Assembly (NCBI GenBank): GCA_963725865.1
Contig: CAVSAC010000011.1
Location: 32,001-96,000, forward strand
Direction: 5' to 3'
Origin: Candidatus Eiseniibacteriota bacterium
GTDB taxonomy: Bacteria > Eisenbacteria > RBG-16-71-46
DNA length: 64,000 bases
The position numbers and the translations under genes are program-made. Positions 54,850-63,773 of the stretch are shown piece by piece; the first letter of the stretch is position 1; each line of letters begins with the position of its first letter. The notes beneath the pieces were generated by a model. The model worked only from the letters and a program-made list of their open reading frames with translations. It was not told the origin of the DNA and made no database searches.

Positions 54850-55707
54850 GTCGGTGGCGTCGAAGCTCACGCCCAGGGTGAGGTGCAGCGAAGTGAGCCT
54901 GAGTCCGTCAGGCAGCCGTCTCAGCACCGCCTCGGGCAGAGGCAGCTCGGACGGCCCCCGGTAGCGGATCGACGACCAGCGGATGTGCTGTGCGCTGATC
55001 CCGCCGATCACGCGCACGCCGTGGTGCGCGCGCCAGCCCAGCAGCAGGGACGCCTCCGGCGCCAGCGCCCGCTCCGTGTCGAATCGCACCAGGGTGCTGT
55101 CGGAGCTGCCGTTGGCCTGGGCCAGCTGCACCACGTTCGCTCCCAGCGTGGCGTACCAGAACGTGAACCGCGACGCGTGCCACACCGGGAACGGTCCGAA
55201 CAGCGCGCTGGCGTAGAACCCGCCCACCGGGAACGTCGAGGCGAGCGTGCCGCGGCGGCCATGGACGTCCACGCGGTACGCGCCCGCGTACTGGTAGCCC
55301 ATGGCCAGCGACACCCAGCCGTCGCGCCCGGGGAGCGTGTGGTGGCTGCGCACGGCATGGACGGAGCGCAGGGTGTCCACTCGCGTCGCTCCCGGGGTGA
55401 TCGCCGTGCCTTGGACCCACTCGACCACGGTCCGCACCGAGTCGAGCGTCACGATCGTGTCGGGCTGTCCGCCGAATGGACCGAACAGCGCCGCGAACCC
55501 GCCGCGCACGATCGGGTGACGGTCACTGAGGTAGAACGCCTCGGGGTGCCGGACGTCGCGATAGCCCAGCGAGCCCCAGAGATACCCGCCGGTCAGCTTG
55601 GCGAACGGGGGAGCGATGGAGTTGAACTGCGCTCGCGCGGGCGTTGTGGAGCCGAGGAGCACCAGAGCCGCCGCGAGGGCGGCGGCTCGAGCGGCGACGC
55701 GCTTCAT
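54835..55707 (-). CDS. Hypothetical outer-membrane beta-barrel-like protein
   Basis: GGAGG RBS; signal peptide MKRVAARAAALAAALVLLGSTTPARA; alternating aromatic beta strands; ends LTLGVSFDATDLFGR. Confidence 0.6.
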   Translation of the reverse strand: MKRVAARAAALAAALVLLGSTTPARAQFNSIAPPFAKLTGGYLWGSLGYRDVRHPEAFYLSDRHPIVRGGFAALFGPFGGQPDTIVTLDSVRTVVEWVQGTAITPGATRVDTLRSVHAVRSHHTLPGRDGWVSLAMGYQYAGAYRVDVHGRRGTLASTFPVGGFYASALFGPFPVWHASRFTFWYATLGANVVQLAQANGSSDSTLVRFDTERALAPEASLLLGWRAHHGVRVIGGISAQHIRWSSIRYRGPSELPLPEAVLRRLPDGLRLTSLHLTLGVSFDATDLFGR

Positions 55708-55766
55708 GCGGACCTCCGATCGAGACGCGCCGGGACGGCGAGCCGACCCCGGAGTATCGCAGCTCC

Positions 55767-56423
55767 CTATCCCGAAGCCGCGCGGGTGCGAGGCGCCGGG
55801 GTCCTCACCTGCGACGGAGCGCTCGGGGGCAGGGCGAGGACCCGATCCACGCGCCGCGCCGCGTTGGCGAGCTCCGAGAAACCCTGGACGAACACCGCGG
55901 GCAGCTTGAACACGTAGCCCGGGAGTGGACGAGTCGCTTCCCGGTTCCCCATCTCGAAGGGGTAGTACAGGGGATACCCCACCTCGTCCTCCAGCGCGCG
56001 CAGCGAGGGGAAGAAGCTCCACTGGGTCCGGGCGATCTCCTGCAGGGGCAACGCGACGTCCAGAGTGGTGGATCGCTGGAGCGGGATACCCCAGCTGGGC
56101 AGCAGCTCGTGGGTGGATCCGGCTCCGGTGGACGCGGAGGGCGATGGCCACGGGAGGCGTTGCTTCTCGACCCGGCCGTGCGCGACGGACCACGCGATGA
56201 TCGCCTCCTGCGACGAGTCGTAGTGGAAGACGACATCGCCACCCTTGACGTAGGTGATCAACCGGTGAGTCCAGGCGGTGGACTGCCGGCCCTCGCCGCG
56301 CGGCGCCGCCAGGATCGCCTCACGGCCGGCTCGCCCCGTGACGTCGAGCCAGAAGCGCTCCCGGGGCACTCCTTCCCACCACGCGTTGATGCCGTCCTCG
56401 CGGGTCCTCCAGCTCATGGCCAT
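55767..56423 (-). CDS. Stand-alone EVE/PUA-like domain protein resembling the N-terminus of putative modification-dependent nucleases
   Basis: GGAGG RBS; INAWW...ERFWLDVTGR...LAAP...W...YVKGGDVVFHY...PLYYPF...GYVFKLP; no nuclease domain follows. Confidence 0.55.
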   Translation of the reverse strand: MAMSWRTREDGINAWWEGVPRERFWLDVTGRAGREAILAAPRGEGRQSTAWTHRLITYVKGGDVVFHYDSSQEAIIAWSVAHGRVEKQRLPWPSPSASTGAGSTHELLPSWGIPLQRSTTLDVALPLQEIARTQWSFFPSLRALEDEVGYPLYYPFEMGNREATRPLPGYVFKLPAVFVQGFSELANAARRVDRVLALPPSAPSQVRTPAPRTRAASG

Positions 56424-56515
56424 CCCTCCTCCAGCATCATCGGGCGCGGCGCGCAGAACCCTGCCGGCCTGCGGAGCCCGCTCGATCGAGCACCGACCGT
56501 CGCATCGTCGATTCA

Positions 56516-56530
56516 GCCAGATTGATGCCA
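56516..56530 (-). promoter_or_regulatory. Sigma54 -24/-12 promoter
   Basis: Minus strand TGGCATCAATCTGGC, 108 bp from the UAS pair at 56638-56674. Confidence 0.65.
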
Positions 56531-56637
56531 GACCCTCGGGCCAGCGGGCGTGTCCGCTAACTCGTTCCTGGTCAACTGGCGCCGGGACGCCCCCCGGCCG
56601 ACGACGCGCGCGAGGGGCCTCGGGCACGTCGCGCTGA

Positions 56638-56674
56638 TTGAAATGACTTCCAAGGCGGGTGGAAGGAACTTCAA
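56638..56674. promoter_or_regulatory. Tandem putative enhancer (UAS) sites
   Basis: TTGAAATGACTTCCAA (56638) and GGAAGGAACTTCAA (56661-56674, reverse complement TTGAAGTTCCTTCC). Confidence 0.65.
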
Positions 56675-56941
56675 GGCTGACGGGGCCGGGCGGGTATCGA
56701 GGACCCGCGGGGGTAAGCGCCAGGCGCGCGGGGCACGCAACGAGCCCCGGGCAGGTCCAGCCCCGGTGAAGCCTCGAAGGGCCGTGGGCCCACGTGGGTG
56801 GTGCATCGTCGCGATCGGGCCTCACGGTGTGCGCTCAGTCCACACATGGGGCGTGCCGGCGCGTCGAGGTCCGCACCGAGTTGACTCCTCATCCTGATGC
56901 GCGGCAGTGGTTTGGGCCGACCGAGGCACCCGATGCCCGGT

Positions 56942-56956
56942 TGGCACCGGGCTTGC
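56942..56956 (+). promoter_or_regulatory. Sigma54 -24/-12 promoter (near consensus)
   Basis: TGGCACCGGGCTTGC upstream of the gene at 57190. Confidence 0.7.
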
Positions 56957-57189
56957 GGTTACGTGCCGGCGCGGGACGTCAGCGAGTCCGCGGCTTCAAT
57001 GGCCACCCTCCGCTCGCTCTCAGCCCCGTCGCGAATGAGCCCACACCTACCCCTCGGGCCGATTCACGAACAACGACTCCGGACACGCCACGCACAAGAG
57101 TGAAGTCGCTCCAGACCCATCGGGTCCGAGGACCGACCGCACCTGCCTGCGGGATCCACGACTCCTCGGCTTACGGACCGGGAGGACTC

Positions 57190-57861
57190 ATGAACCCTAC
57201 TCGTCGATGCATCGCTCTGCTGGCCACCCTGTCGCTCGTTCTCCTGGCGACGCCGGCGCCTGCATCCATCGCTTCCGCCACTCCGTTCACCATCCGCTGG
57301 ACCGCGCCCGGAGACGACATCCGGGTCGGCCGGGCGACGGTCTACGACCTGCGCTACTCGCGCGCCCCGCTCACGGCGACGAACTTCGCCGTGGCCACGA
57401 AGCTCACGGGGCTCCCCTTGCCCGCGGTCTCGGGATCGCCGGAGTCGCTGGTGGTCTCGGGGCTGTCCGACAGCGTGGCCCTCTACCTGGCGATCAAGTC
57501 CGCCGACGAGATCGGGAACTGGTCGCTGATGTCGAACGTGCTGGTGCGGCCGGCGCGTACCGCGGGCATCGATCCGACGGCGCTCGCGCTCTCGTTCTCC
57601 TCGCCGTGGCCCAATCCCGCGCGCGAGTCGGTGCACTGGTCCTATACCCTGCCGCTGGCCGCACCGCTCCAGGTCGATGTGTTCGACGCCATGGGCCGCC
57701 ACGTGCAGACCGTGGCGAGCGGGGAGCGCGTCGCGGGCCGGGGCGATCTGTCCTGGGACCTGCGCGACGAGGGCGGCCGTCCGGTGGGTGCGGGCATCTA
57801 CTTCGCGAAGGCCCATCTCGGCTCCAAGGCGTGGACGAGCCGGCTGGTCATCGTGCGCTGA
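57190..57861 (+). CDS. Small secreted FN3-like + FlgD/CTD-like protein
   Basis: GGAGGA RBS; signal peptide; WTAPGDD...YDLRYS...ADEIGNWS.MSN; PWPNP...FDAMGR...GIYF...RLVIVR. Confidence 0.8.
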   Translation: MNPTRRCIALLATLSLVLLATPAPASIASATPFTIRWTAPGDDIRVGRATVYDLRYSRAPLTATNFAVATKLTGLPLPAVSGSPESLVVSGLSDSVALYLAIKSADEIGNWSLMSNVLVRPARTAGIDPTALALSFSSPWPNPARESVHWSYTLPLAAPLQVDVFDAMGRHVQTVASGERVAGRGDLSWDLRDEGGRPVGAGIYFAKAHLGSKAWTSRLVIVR

Positions 57862-58021
57862 ACCGGGGGGTCCGCCGCCGCAAGTCGCCTCCAGCCGATC
57901 CATCGCGCGGACCCCACTCGATCGCTCGGACCCACACGCGAAATATGCCGGCGAGGGCGCGCCCCGGGATCTCCCCAGGACGTCGCCCTCGTTCCATGTC
58001 TCCCATCGGCTGGCTCCCGGA

Positions 58022-58054
58022 TTGAAGATCCCTCCGCGGGTTGAAGTTCCTTCC
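58022..58054. promoter_or_regulatory. Tandem putative enhancer (UAS) sites
   Basis: TTGAAGATCCCTCC (58022) and TTGAAGTTCCTTCC (58041). Confidence 0.65.
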
Positions 58055-58156
58055 CACGCGGAAGCTGCGGATCCGCTCCACCACGAGCGTCGTGGAGGAC
58101 GCGTACGGCGCACCCCTCCAACGGGTTGGCCGCGATCGCGATGGGTCCCGCCCCGA

Positions 58157-58171
58157 TGGCACCGATCGTGC
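58157..58171 (+). promoter_or_regulatory. Sigma54 -24/-12 promoter upstream of the hybrid kinase
   Basis: TGGCACCGATCGTGC, 103 bp after the UAS pair. Confidence 0.65.
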
Positions 58172-58476
58172 CTTGCAGCCTCGAGTAGTACAGCGGGTGG
58201 CGCGGTCGCAGTCGGTCCGGAGGGGAGAAACGGATTGGACACGGCCGCCCACCGCTTATCGTTGGGATGGGCCCCGAGGAATGCCAGAGCGATCTCCGGG
58301 ACTGCGGTGTGCCGAGCCCCACGGTCGAGCACCGCGATCCTGGAGCGGGAGGAGGCAGCCCTTCCGCGTGGATCGAGCCGGCGCGAAACTGGTTGTGGGA
58401 GAGTCGCCGGGGGAGCCAGACTGGTGACACCGCCTTCGGTCGGCCGAAGCCTCCCATCACGAAACGAGGAACTCTC

Positions 58477-60360
58477 CTGTCTGAGTGGTCATTCCAGCGC
58501 CGACTGATCACCGGTGTGATCGGGATCTGTCTGCTGGCGATCTTGACCAGCGCCGCCACCCTGTTCACCTCACGGGTCCTGACCGCGAACATGTCGCAGG
58601 CGGCGTCGGGCATCGGCCACGACCTCGCCGATGCGCGGGAGCTGCAGATCCTCGGACTGAGGAGCATCGCGGACGCGCACGCGTGCCTGCTCACCGGCGG
58701 GAAGAAGTTCGCATCCTCGGCCCAGTCGGGCAGCTCCCTGGTGCGGGATGCGGCAGCGCGGATGCAATCGCAGATGCCGGATCCCCGGGCTCGTGCGCTC
58801 CTGGCGCGCGTCCTGGCCGCCGAGGAGGCGCATCGGCTGGCGTTCACCCGCGCGCTCGCGGTCGCCGGCACCTTGCGGTCCGAGTCCTCGGCCCTCTACC
58901 CCGACGCGGTCCTGACGCGCGGGGAGGAGTTCGAGTCCGCGTTGGACGCCCTCGTGGCGCACGTCGAGTCGGGGAGGGTGCGCAGTCTCGCGTTCGCGCG
59001 TCGGGACGTGGACAGCGCCGAGACCTTCCTCAGCATCATCGCCACCGTGACGGTGCTGCTGCTGGTCGCCGCTGTGCCTGTTGCTCATCGCGGGGCTCAA
59101 CCGGAGCTACCGCCGCCAGCAGACGCGCTCGCACGCAGGCCGAGCACGGCCAGACCGAGGCGCGGGCGTCGCTCTCGGAGGTGGAGGCGGCCAGCCACCT
59201 GAAGGACGAGTTCCTCGCGACCGTGTCGCACGAGCTCCGCAACCCGCTCGCGCCGATCCTGACCTGGACCCAGCTGCTGCGCAGCGGCACGCTCGACGAG
59301 GAGAAGACCCGGCGCGCGCTGGAGGTCATCGAGCGCAACGTGATGTCGCAGGCCCAGCTCATCGACGACCTGGTCGACGTCTCGCGGGTCGTCTCCGGCA
59401 AGTTCCGGCTCGACGTGCGGCCGATCGACCTGGTGCCGGTGATCAAGGCCGCGGCGGATTCGCAGGTCCCCGCGAGCGACGCCAAGCAGATCCGGCTGCA
59501 GCTCGTGCTGGACGAGCGCGCGGGGCTGATCTCGGGCGATTCGGAGCGCCTCCAGCAGGTGATGTGGAACCTGATCTCCAACGCGATCAAGTTCACGCCC
59601 AAGGGCGGCCGGGTGCAGGTGGTGCTGCAGCGCGCGGAATCGCACGTCGAGGTCTCGGTCAGCGACAGCGGCGTCGGCATCGACGCCGAGTTCCTGCCGC
59701 ACGTCTTCGAGCCGTTCCGCCAGGGCACCGGCGGGTCGATGCGCCGCCACGGCGGCCTCGGACTCGGGCTCTCGATCGTCCGCCACATCGTCGAGCTGCA
59801 CGGCGGCGAGATCACGCGCTCAGAGCGAAGGCCCGCAGCTCGGCTCGACGTTCACGGTCAAGTTCCCGCTGCTGGCGACGGCGCCGGGGATCGGCGAGCC
59901 GGTGCGCCGGCACCCGATCGCCCGCGACACGCTCGCCGACATCCATCTCGGGCGCCTGGACGGCATCCGCGTGCTGGTCGTGGACGACGAGCCGAGCGCG
60001 AGCGAGGCGCTGCTGGTGCTGTTCGACTCCTGCGGCGCCGACGCGCGGACCGCAGGCTCGGCGGCCGAGGCGCTCGCCGTGTTCGACGCCTGGCGGCCCG
60101 ACGTCCTGGTCTCCGACATCGCCATGCCCGGGGAGGACGGCTACTCGCTCATCCGCACGATCCGGCAGCGTCCCCGGAGCAGGGCGGCGCCGTTCCCGCG
60201 GTGGCGCTCACCGCCTACGCCAAGATCGAGGATCGCGTGACCATCCTGGGCGCCGGGTTCCAGATGTACCTGTCGAAGCCCGCGGACCCGAACGAGCTGG
60301 TCGCGGTCGTGAGCAGCCTCGCCGACGCGGCCGGGCCGACGGGCGCCGACGACCTCGTAG
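58477..60360 (+). CDS. Hybrid sensor histidine kinase (2TM periplasmic helical sensor, HisKA, HATPase, REC)
   Basis: FLATVSHELRNPL, NLISNAIKF, DSGVGI, GGLGLGL, VVDDE..VSDIAMPGEDG..SKP; start uncertain (CTG after GAGGA); frameshifts. Confidence 0.88.
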
Positions 60361-60445
60361 CGCCCGGGACCTCCCGGCCCCGTCGCGCCGTACGTGCCCG
60401 GCGGCTCGGATCCGCGCGCCCCGGGCTTGAACTTCCGGCACGCGA

Positions 60446-60459
60446 TTGAAGTTCCTTCC
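60446..60459. promoter_or_regulatory. Putative enhancer (UAS) site
   Basis: Exact TTGAAGTTCCTTCC; partial second site (GAACTTCC) about 22 bp upstream. Confidence 0.65.
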
Positions 60460-60565
60460 GCCGCGCGCGACCGCGATGCCCGCGTGCCGGAGGCAGGCCG
60501 CCGCGGCGCGTCGACCACCGAAGCCGCCGCATCGACTAGGCGCGGCGCCGGGCCGCTCCGCCCGC

Positions 60566-60580
60566 TGGCACCATTCGTGC
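60566..60580 (+). promoter_or_regulatory. Sigma54 -24/-12 promoter of the terminal envelope operon
   Basis: TGGCACCATTCGTGC, 107 bp after the UAS. Confidence 0.65.
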
Positions 60581-60696
60581 GCTTCCTGCCGGGTGAAGGA
60601 GCGCGAGGGCGAAGTCGCCCGGCGCGCTTCGAACGCCTTCCACCGGGCGACGATCGTCGCGCCGGTGAAAGCCACCAGATGGCCGCAGGAGTCACC

Positions 60697-61279
60697 ATGA
60701 CGAATCCAGGCACCGCACCCTTCGCGGCGCAGGCAGGTCCTGGGGTCTGCTCGTGCTCGCCACGCTGGCGCCGACGAGTGCGCGGTCGCCGCACGGGGCG
60801 CTCGAGCTCATTCCCTCGCTCGGCGTCACCAAGTCCACGGACACGAACGCCGGAGACGCCAAGGCCTTCGGCGGGCTCGCGCTGCGCGCGCCGCTGCTGC
60901 CGTTCCTCAAGGTCGAAGGCGCGATCGCGCTACCGGCAGGATTCGTTCGCCGGCGGCGACGCTCAAGGTGCGCCAGTGGCCGGTGACCGCGTCGGCTCTG
61001 GCTCGCGCCGCTCCCGTCGGTGTACGCGGGCGGTGGCGTCGGCTGGTACCGCACGACGTTCGACTACGCCAGCGCCCTGCCCATCAAGGACACGACCGAC
61101 CCAGAAGATGGGCGTCCACCTCGGCGGCGGCGTCGACATGCCGATCGCGCCGCAAGCTCGGCCTCGACCTGAACGGTCGCTACATCTTCATGCAGACCGA
61201 CAACAGCACGTCCAGAGTGCCGACGACGTTCAATCCCGATTACTGGAGCCTCGCGCTCGGCCTCGCATTCAAGTTCTAG
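60697..61279 (+). CDS. Small outer-membrane beta-barrel protein (OMP_b-brl-like)
   Basis: AGGAG RBS; YAGGGVGWY, GVHLGGGVD, LNGRYIF, C-terminal LGLAFKF; frameshifts. Confidence 0.75.
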
Positions 61280-61308
61280 CGCCAGCGCTCCCGAGAGGAG
61301 AAAGTCAC

Positions 61309-61957
61309 ATGAAACATCGCAGAATCGCAGCACTCGCGGCCGGCCTCGACACTCGCCGTCGCGCTCGCCTCGGGCTCTGGCTGCTGAGCGGCTGCAACGA
61401 AACGGCGACCGATGCGCAGGCCGCGAACGGCCACCGGGTCCGCCTCGGTCGCGGCCCATACCCTGCCGGCGACACGAATCAACGTGACGCTCGGCAGCAC
61501 CATCTCGTCCGAGACCGCAAACGTCGGCGACGCCTGGCACGGGACGGTGACGGAGAACGTCACGACGCAGAACGGCGGGAATGATCCCGGCCGGCAGCCA
61601 GGTGGACGGCGTGCTCGTCGGCGTCACGCCCGCCAAGCGGGGCTCGCGCGCCATGCTCGATCTCGGCATCCGGCAGCATCCGGGTGGACGGCCGCGACGA
61701 GTCCATCACGGCGAGCGCCGAAGCCGTGATCGCGGGCTCGACCCGCGCCCGCAACCTGGGCGCGATCGCGGGCGGAGCCGCTGGCCGGCGCGCTCATCGG
61801 CAAGGTCGTCGGTGACGGCAAGAACGCCGCGGTCGGCGGGCTCATCGGCGGCGGCGCCGCCACGGCCGTCGTGGCGGCATCGAAGGGCTACCAGGTCGTG
61901 TTGTCCAGCGGCACCGTGATGAACTTCACGGTCAACCAGACCGTGGCCGTGCGCTGA
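61309..61957 (+). CDS. Putative lipoprotein with TrbI/VirB10-like beta motif and glycine zipper
   Basis: LSGC-like lipobox; TRINVTL..TISSETANVGD, IPAGSQVDG, GALIGKVVG..AAVGGLIGGGA, LSSGTVMNF; frameshifts. Confidence 0.6.
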
Positions 61958-61963
61958 GACGTG

Positions 61964-61988
61964 GGGGAGGCGCCACAGGCGCCTCCCC
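61964..61988 (+). terminator. Intergenic hairpin
   Basis: GGGGAGGCGCC-ACA-GGCGCCTCCCC just upstream of a GAGGAGG RBS; no U-tract. Confidence 0.35.
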
Positions 61989-62006
61989 GAGGAGGAGAGG
62001 CGCGAC

Positions 62007-62155
62007 ATGCTCTGGACCATTGCAGTCGTGCTGATCGTGCTCTGGCTGCTCGGGCTGGTGACGTCGTACACGATGGGCGGCTCATCCACGTGCTGCTCGT
62101 CATCGCCATCATCGTCGTGCTGTTCGGCGTCATTCAGGGCCGCAGGACGGTCTGA
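62007..62155 (+). CDS. lmo0937-family (DUF5670) small membrane protein
   Basis: MLWTIAVVLIVLWLLGLVTSYTMGG(L)IHVLLVIAIIVVLFGVIQGRRTV (one frameshift). Confidence 0.85.
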
Positions 62156-62182
62156 GACACCACGGCCGGAAAGGCGCTGGAC

Positions 62183-62395
62183 ATGAAGAATCGCAGGCTT
62201 CGTACTCGTGGTGCTGGGCATCCTCGCCCTCATCTACGGCGGCATCAGCTACAGCCGCGCAGCGCACCGTGGTCGACATGGGGCCGATCAAGGCGACCGC
62301 GACGGAACAGCACAACATCCCGTTCTCGCCGATCGTCGGGGGCGATCGCCATCGTCGGCGGGCGCTGCTCCTGTTCCTGCCGCGCCGGCGGCTGA
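62183..62395 (+). CDS. Small 2-TM membrane protein (DUF3185-like)
   Basis: LVVLGILALIYGGISY..VVDMGPIKATAT....IPFSPIVG.IAIVGG; frameshifts. Confidence 0.7.
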   Translation: MKNRRLRTRGAGHPRPHLRRHQLQPRSAPWSTWGRSRRPRRNSTTSRSRRSSGAIAIVGGRCSCSCRAGG

Positions 62396-62481
62396 ACTCG
62401 TAGCGGCGAAGCTGCTCCAGCGATCCCCGTGCCGGCGAATCGCGCCGTGCGCGCACCTGTGCCGCACCGAGGAGGTTCGAG

Positions 62482-62886
62482 ATGAACGGGTTTCCGCGAC
62501 GCTTCGCTTCTGGACCGCGGCGCTCCTGGTCCTCTGCATGGGCGTGATGGACAGTCGGCCCCGGCGGCCGCCGGCCTCGCGCCGTCGCGCGTCTCCGGCA
62601 CGACCACGCATCACGTCGACGCGCGACGCCGACATGGTGATGGCGCAGCGCGCGCTCGAGAACAAGGTCGTGGCGCAGAAGCTCCGCGACTACGGCGTGA
62701 CGCCCGCGGAGGCGCAGGCCCGCCTCGCCAGCATGTCCGACACGGACCTGCACACGCTCGCGAGCGCGATCGAAGGGCCTGCCCAGCGGCGGCGACGCCA
62801 CCGGCGCCGTGATCGGCGTCCTCGTCGTGGTGATCCTCGTCATCGTCGTGCTGCGCCTGATGCACCGCGACGTGGTCGTCCGGTGA
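62482..62886 (+). CDS. PA2779-family protein
   Basis: GAGGAGG RBS; signal peptide; LENKVVAQKLRDYGV.PAEAQARLASMSDTDLH.LA....LPSGGD + C-terminal TM; frameshifts. Confidence 0.8.
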
Positions 62887-62939
62887 GCTCCGGGTTCCCG
62901 GGCGTCCGCTGACGCGGTCATTCGACGGGGAGTCAGAAC

Positions 62940-63773
62940 ATGAACTGGTCTGGTCGGCGCTGCTCCTGCCGCTGCATTTCACCGCGCCCGGCGGACACGC
63001 TCGGCGCGGACAGGGCGGGCCGGTGCGCGCGTCTCGCGTGACCCGGTCCGCTCGTACGTCTTCCAGCGGCTCGACGAGGGCGGGACGATGGCCTCGATTG
63101 CGGGCTACGCGCGATTCGGGCGGGAAGACGCTGCTTCAGCCGCATCGCGCCCGGAACGCGCGAGACCGTGTGGCTCGCGCCCGGCGCGAACGGCAGCGCG
63201 GGGACGATCTACGTGATGTCGAGGGACCGGAGCGGCAACCTGAGCGCGCCCAGCAACGGCTGCGTGCATCGGGCAGACCCCGCGGCGAGACTGCGGCTGC
63301 CCGCGCGTCGCGGGAGCCGGACGGCGCTCGACGTGCCGATCGTCCGGCAGGCGCGCGAGCGCTGCGGCCAGGCCGCGCTCGCGATGGTGCTGCGCTACTA
63401 CGGCGCCGCGCCCGCCGCGCTTCGCGAAGTGGACGGTGCGTACGATCCCGTGCTGCGCGGTTCGCTGATCACCGACCTCGCCGGCGCCGCGCGCCGGGCC
63501 GGCTACGAGGCGGCCGTCGCGACGCTCACGCCCGACTCGCTGATCGGCCTCCTCGCGGACGGCGTGCCGCCCATCCTGCTCTACCAGAACGGGTCCGGGC
63601 CGCTCACCGTCCGGCACTTCGGAGTGGTCACCGGCTGGGACGCGCAGCGCAGGCCGCGTTCACCCTGCACGACGGCACGGCGCGCCCGCGCGTGACGAGC
63701 CGCGACGAGCTGGTGAAGCGAGTGGGAGACCGCCGGCTCGCAGGCGCTGGTCGTCCGCACGAGGGTGCCATGA
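62940..63773 (+). CDS. C39-like cysteine peptidase (PA2778-like) with N-terminal FN3-like segment
   Basis: LDVPIVRQARERCGQAALAMVLRYYG (Q..C), RHFGVVTGWD (H), LHDG (D); N-terminal LHFTAP...RDRSGNLSAPSN. Confidence 0.8.

Noticed and set aside
54566..56530. Exact 15-bp inverted repeat TGGCATCAATCTGGC as terminal inverted repeats of a 2-kb element
   Set aside because: No transposase and no target-site duplication seen; both copies fit sigma54 promoters with matching upstream UAS geometry.
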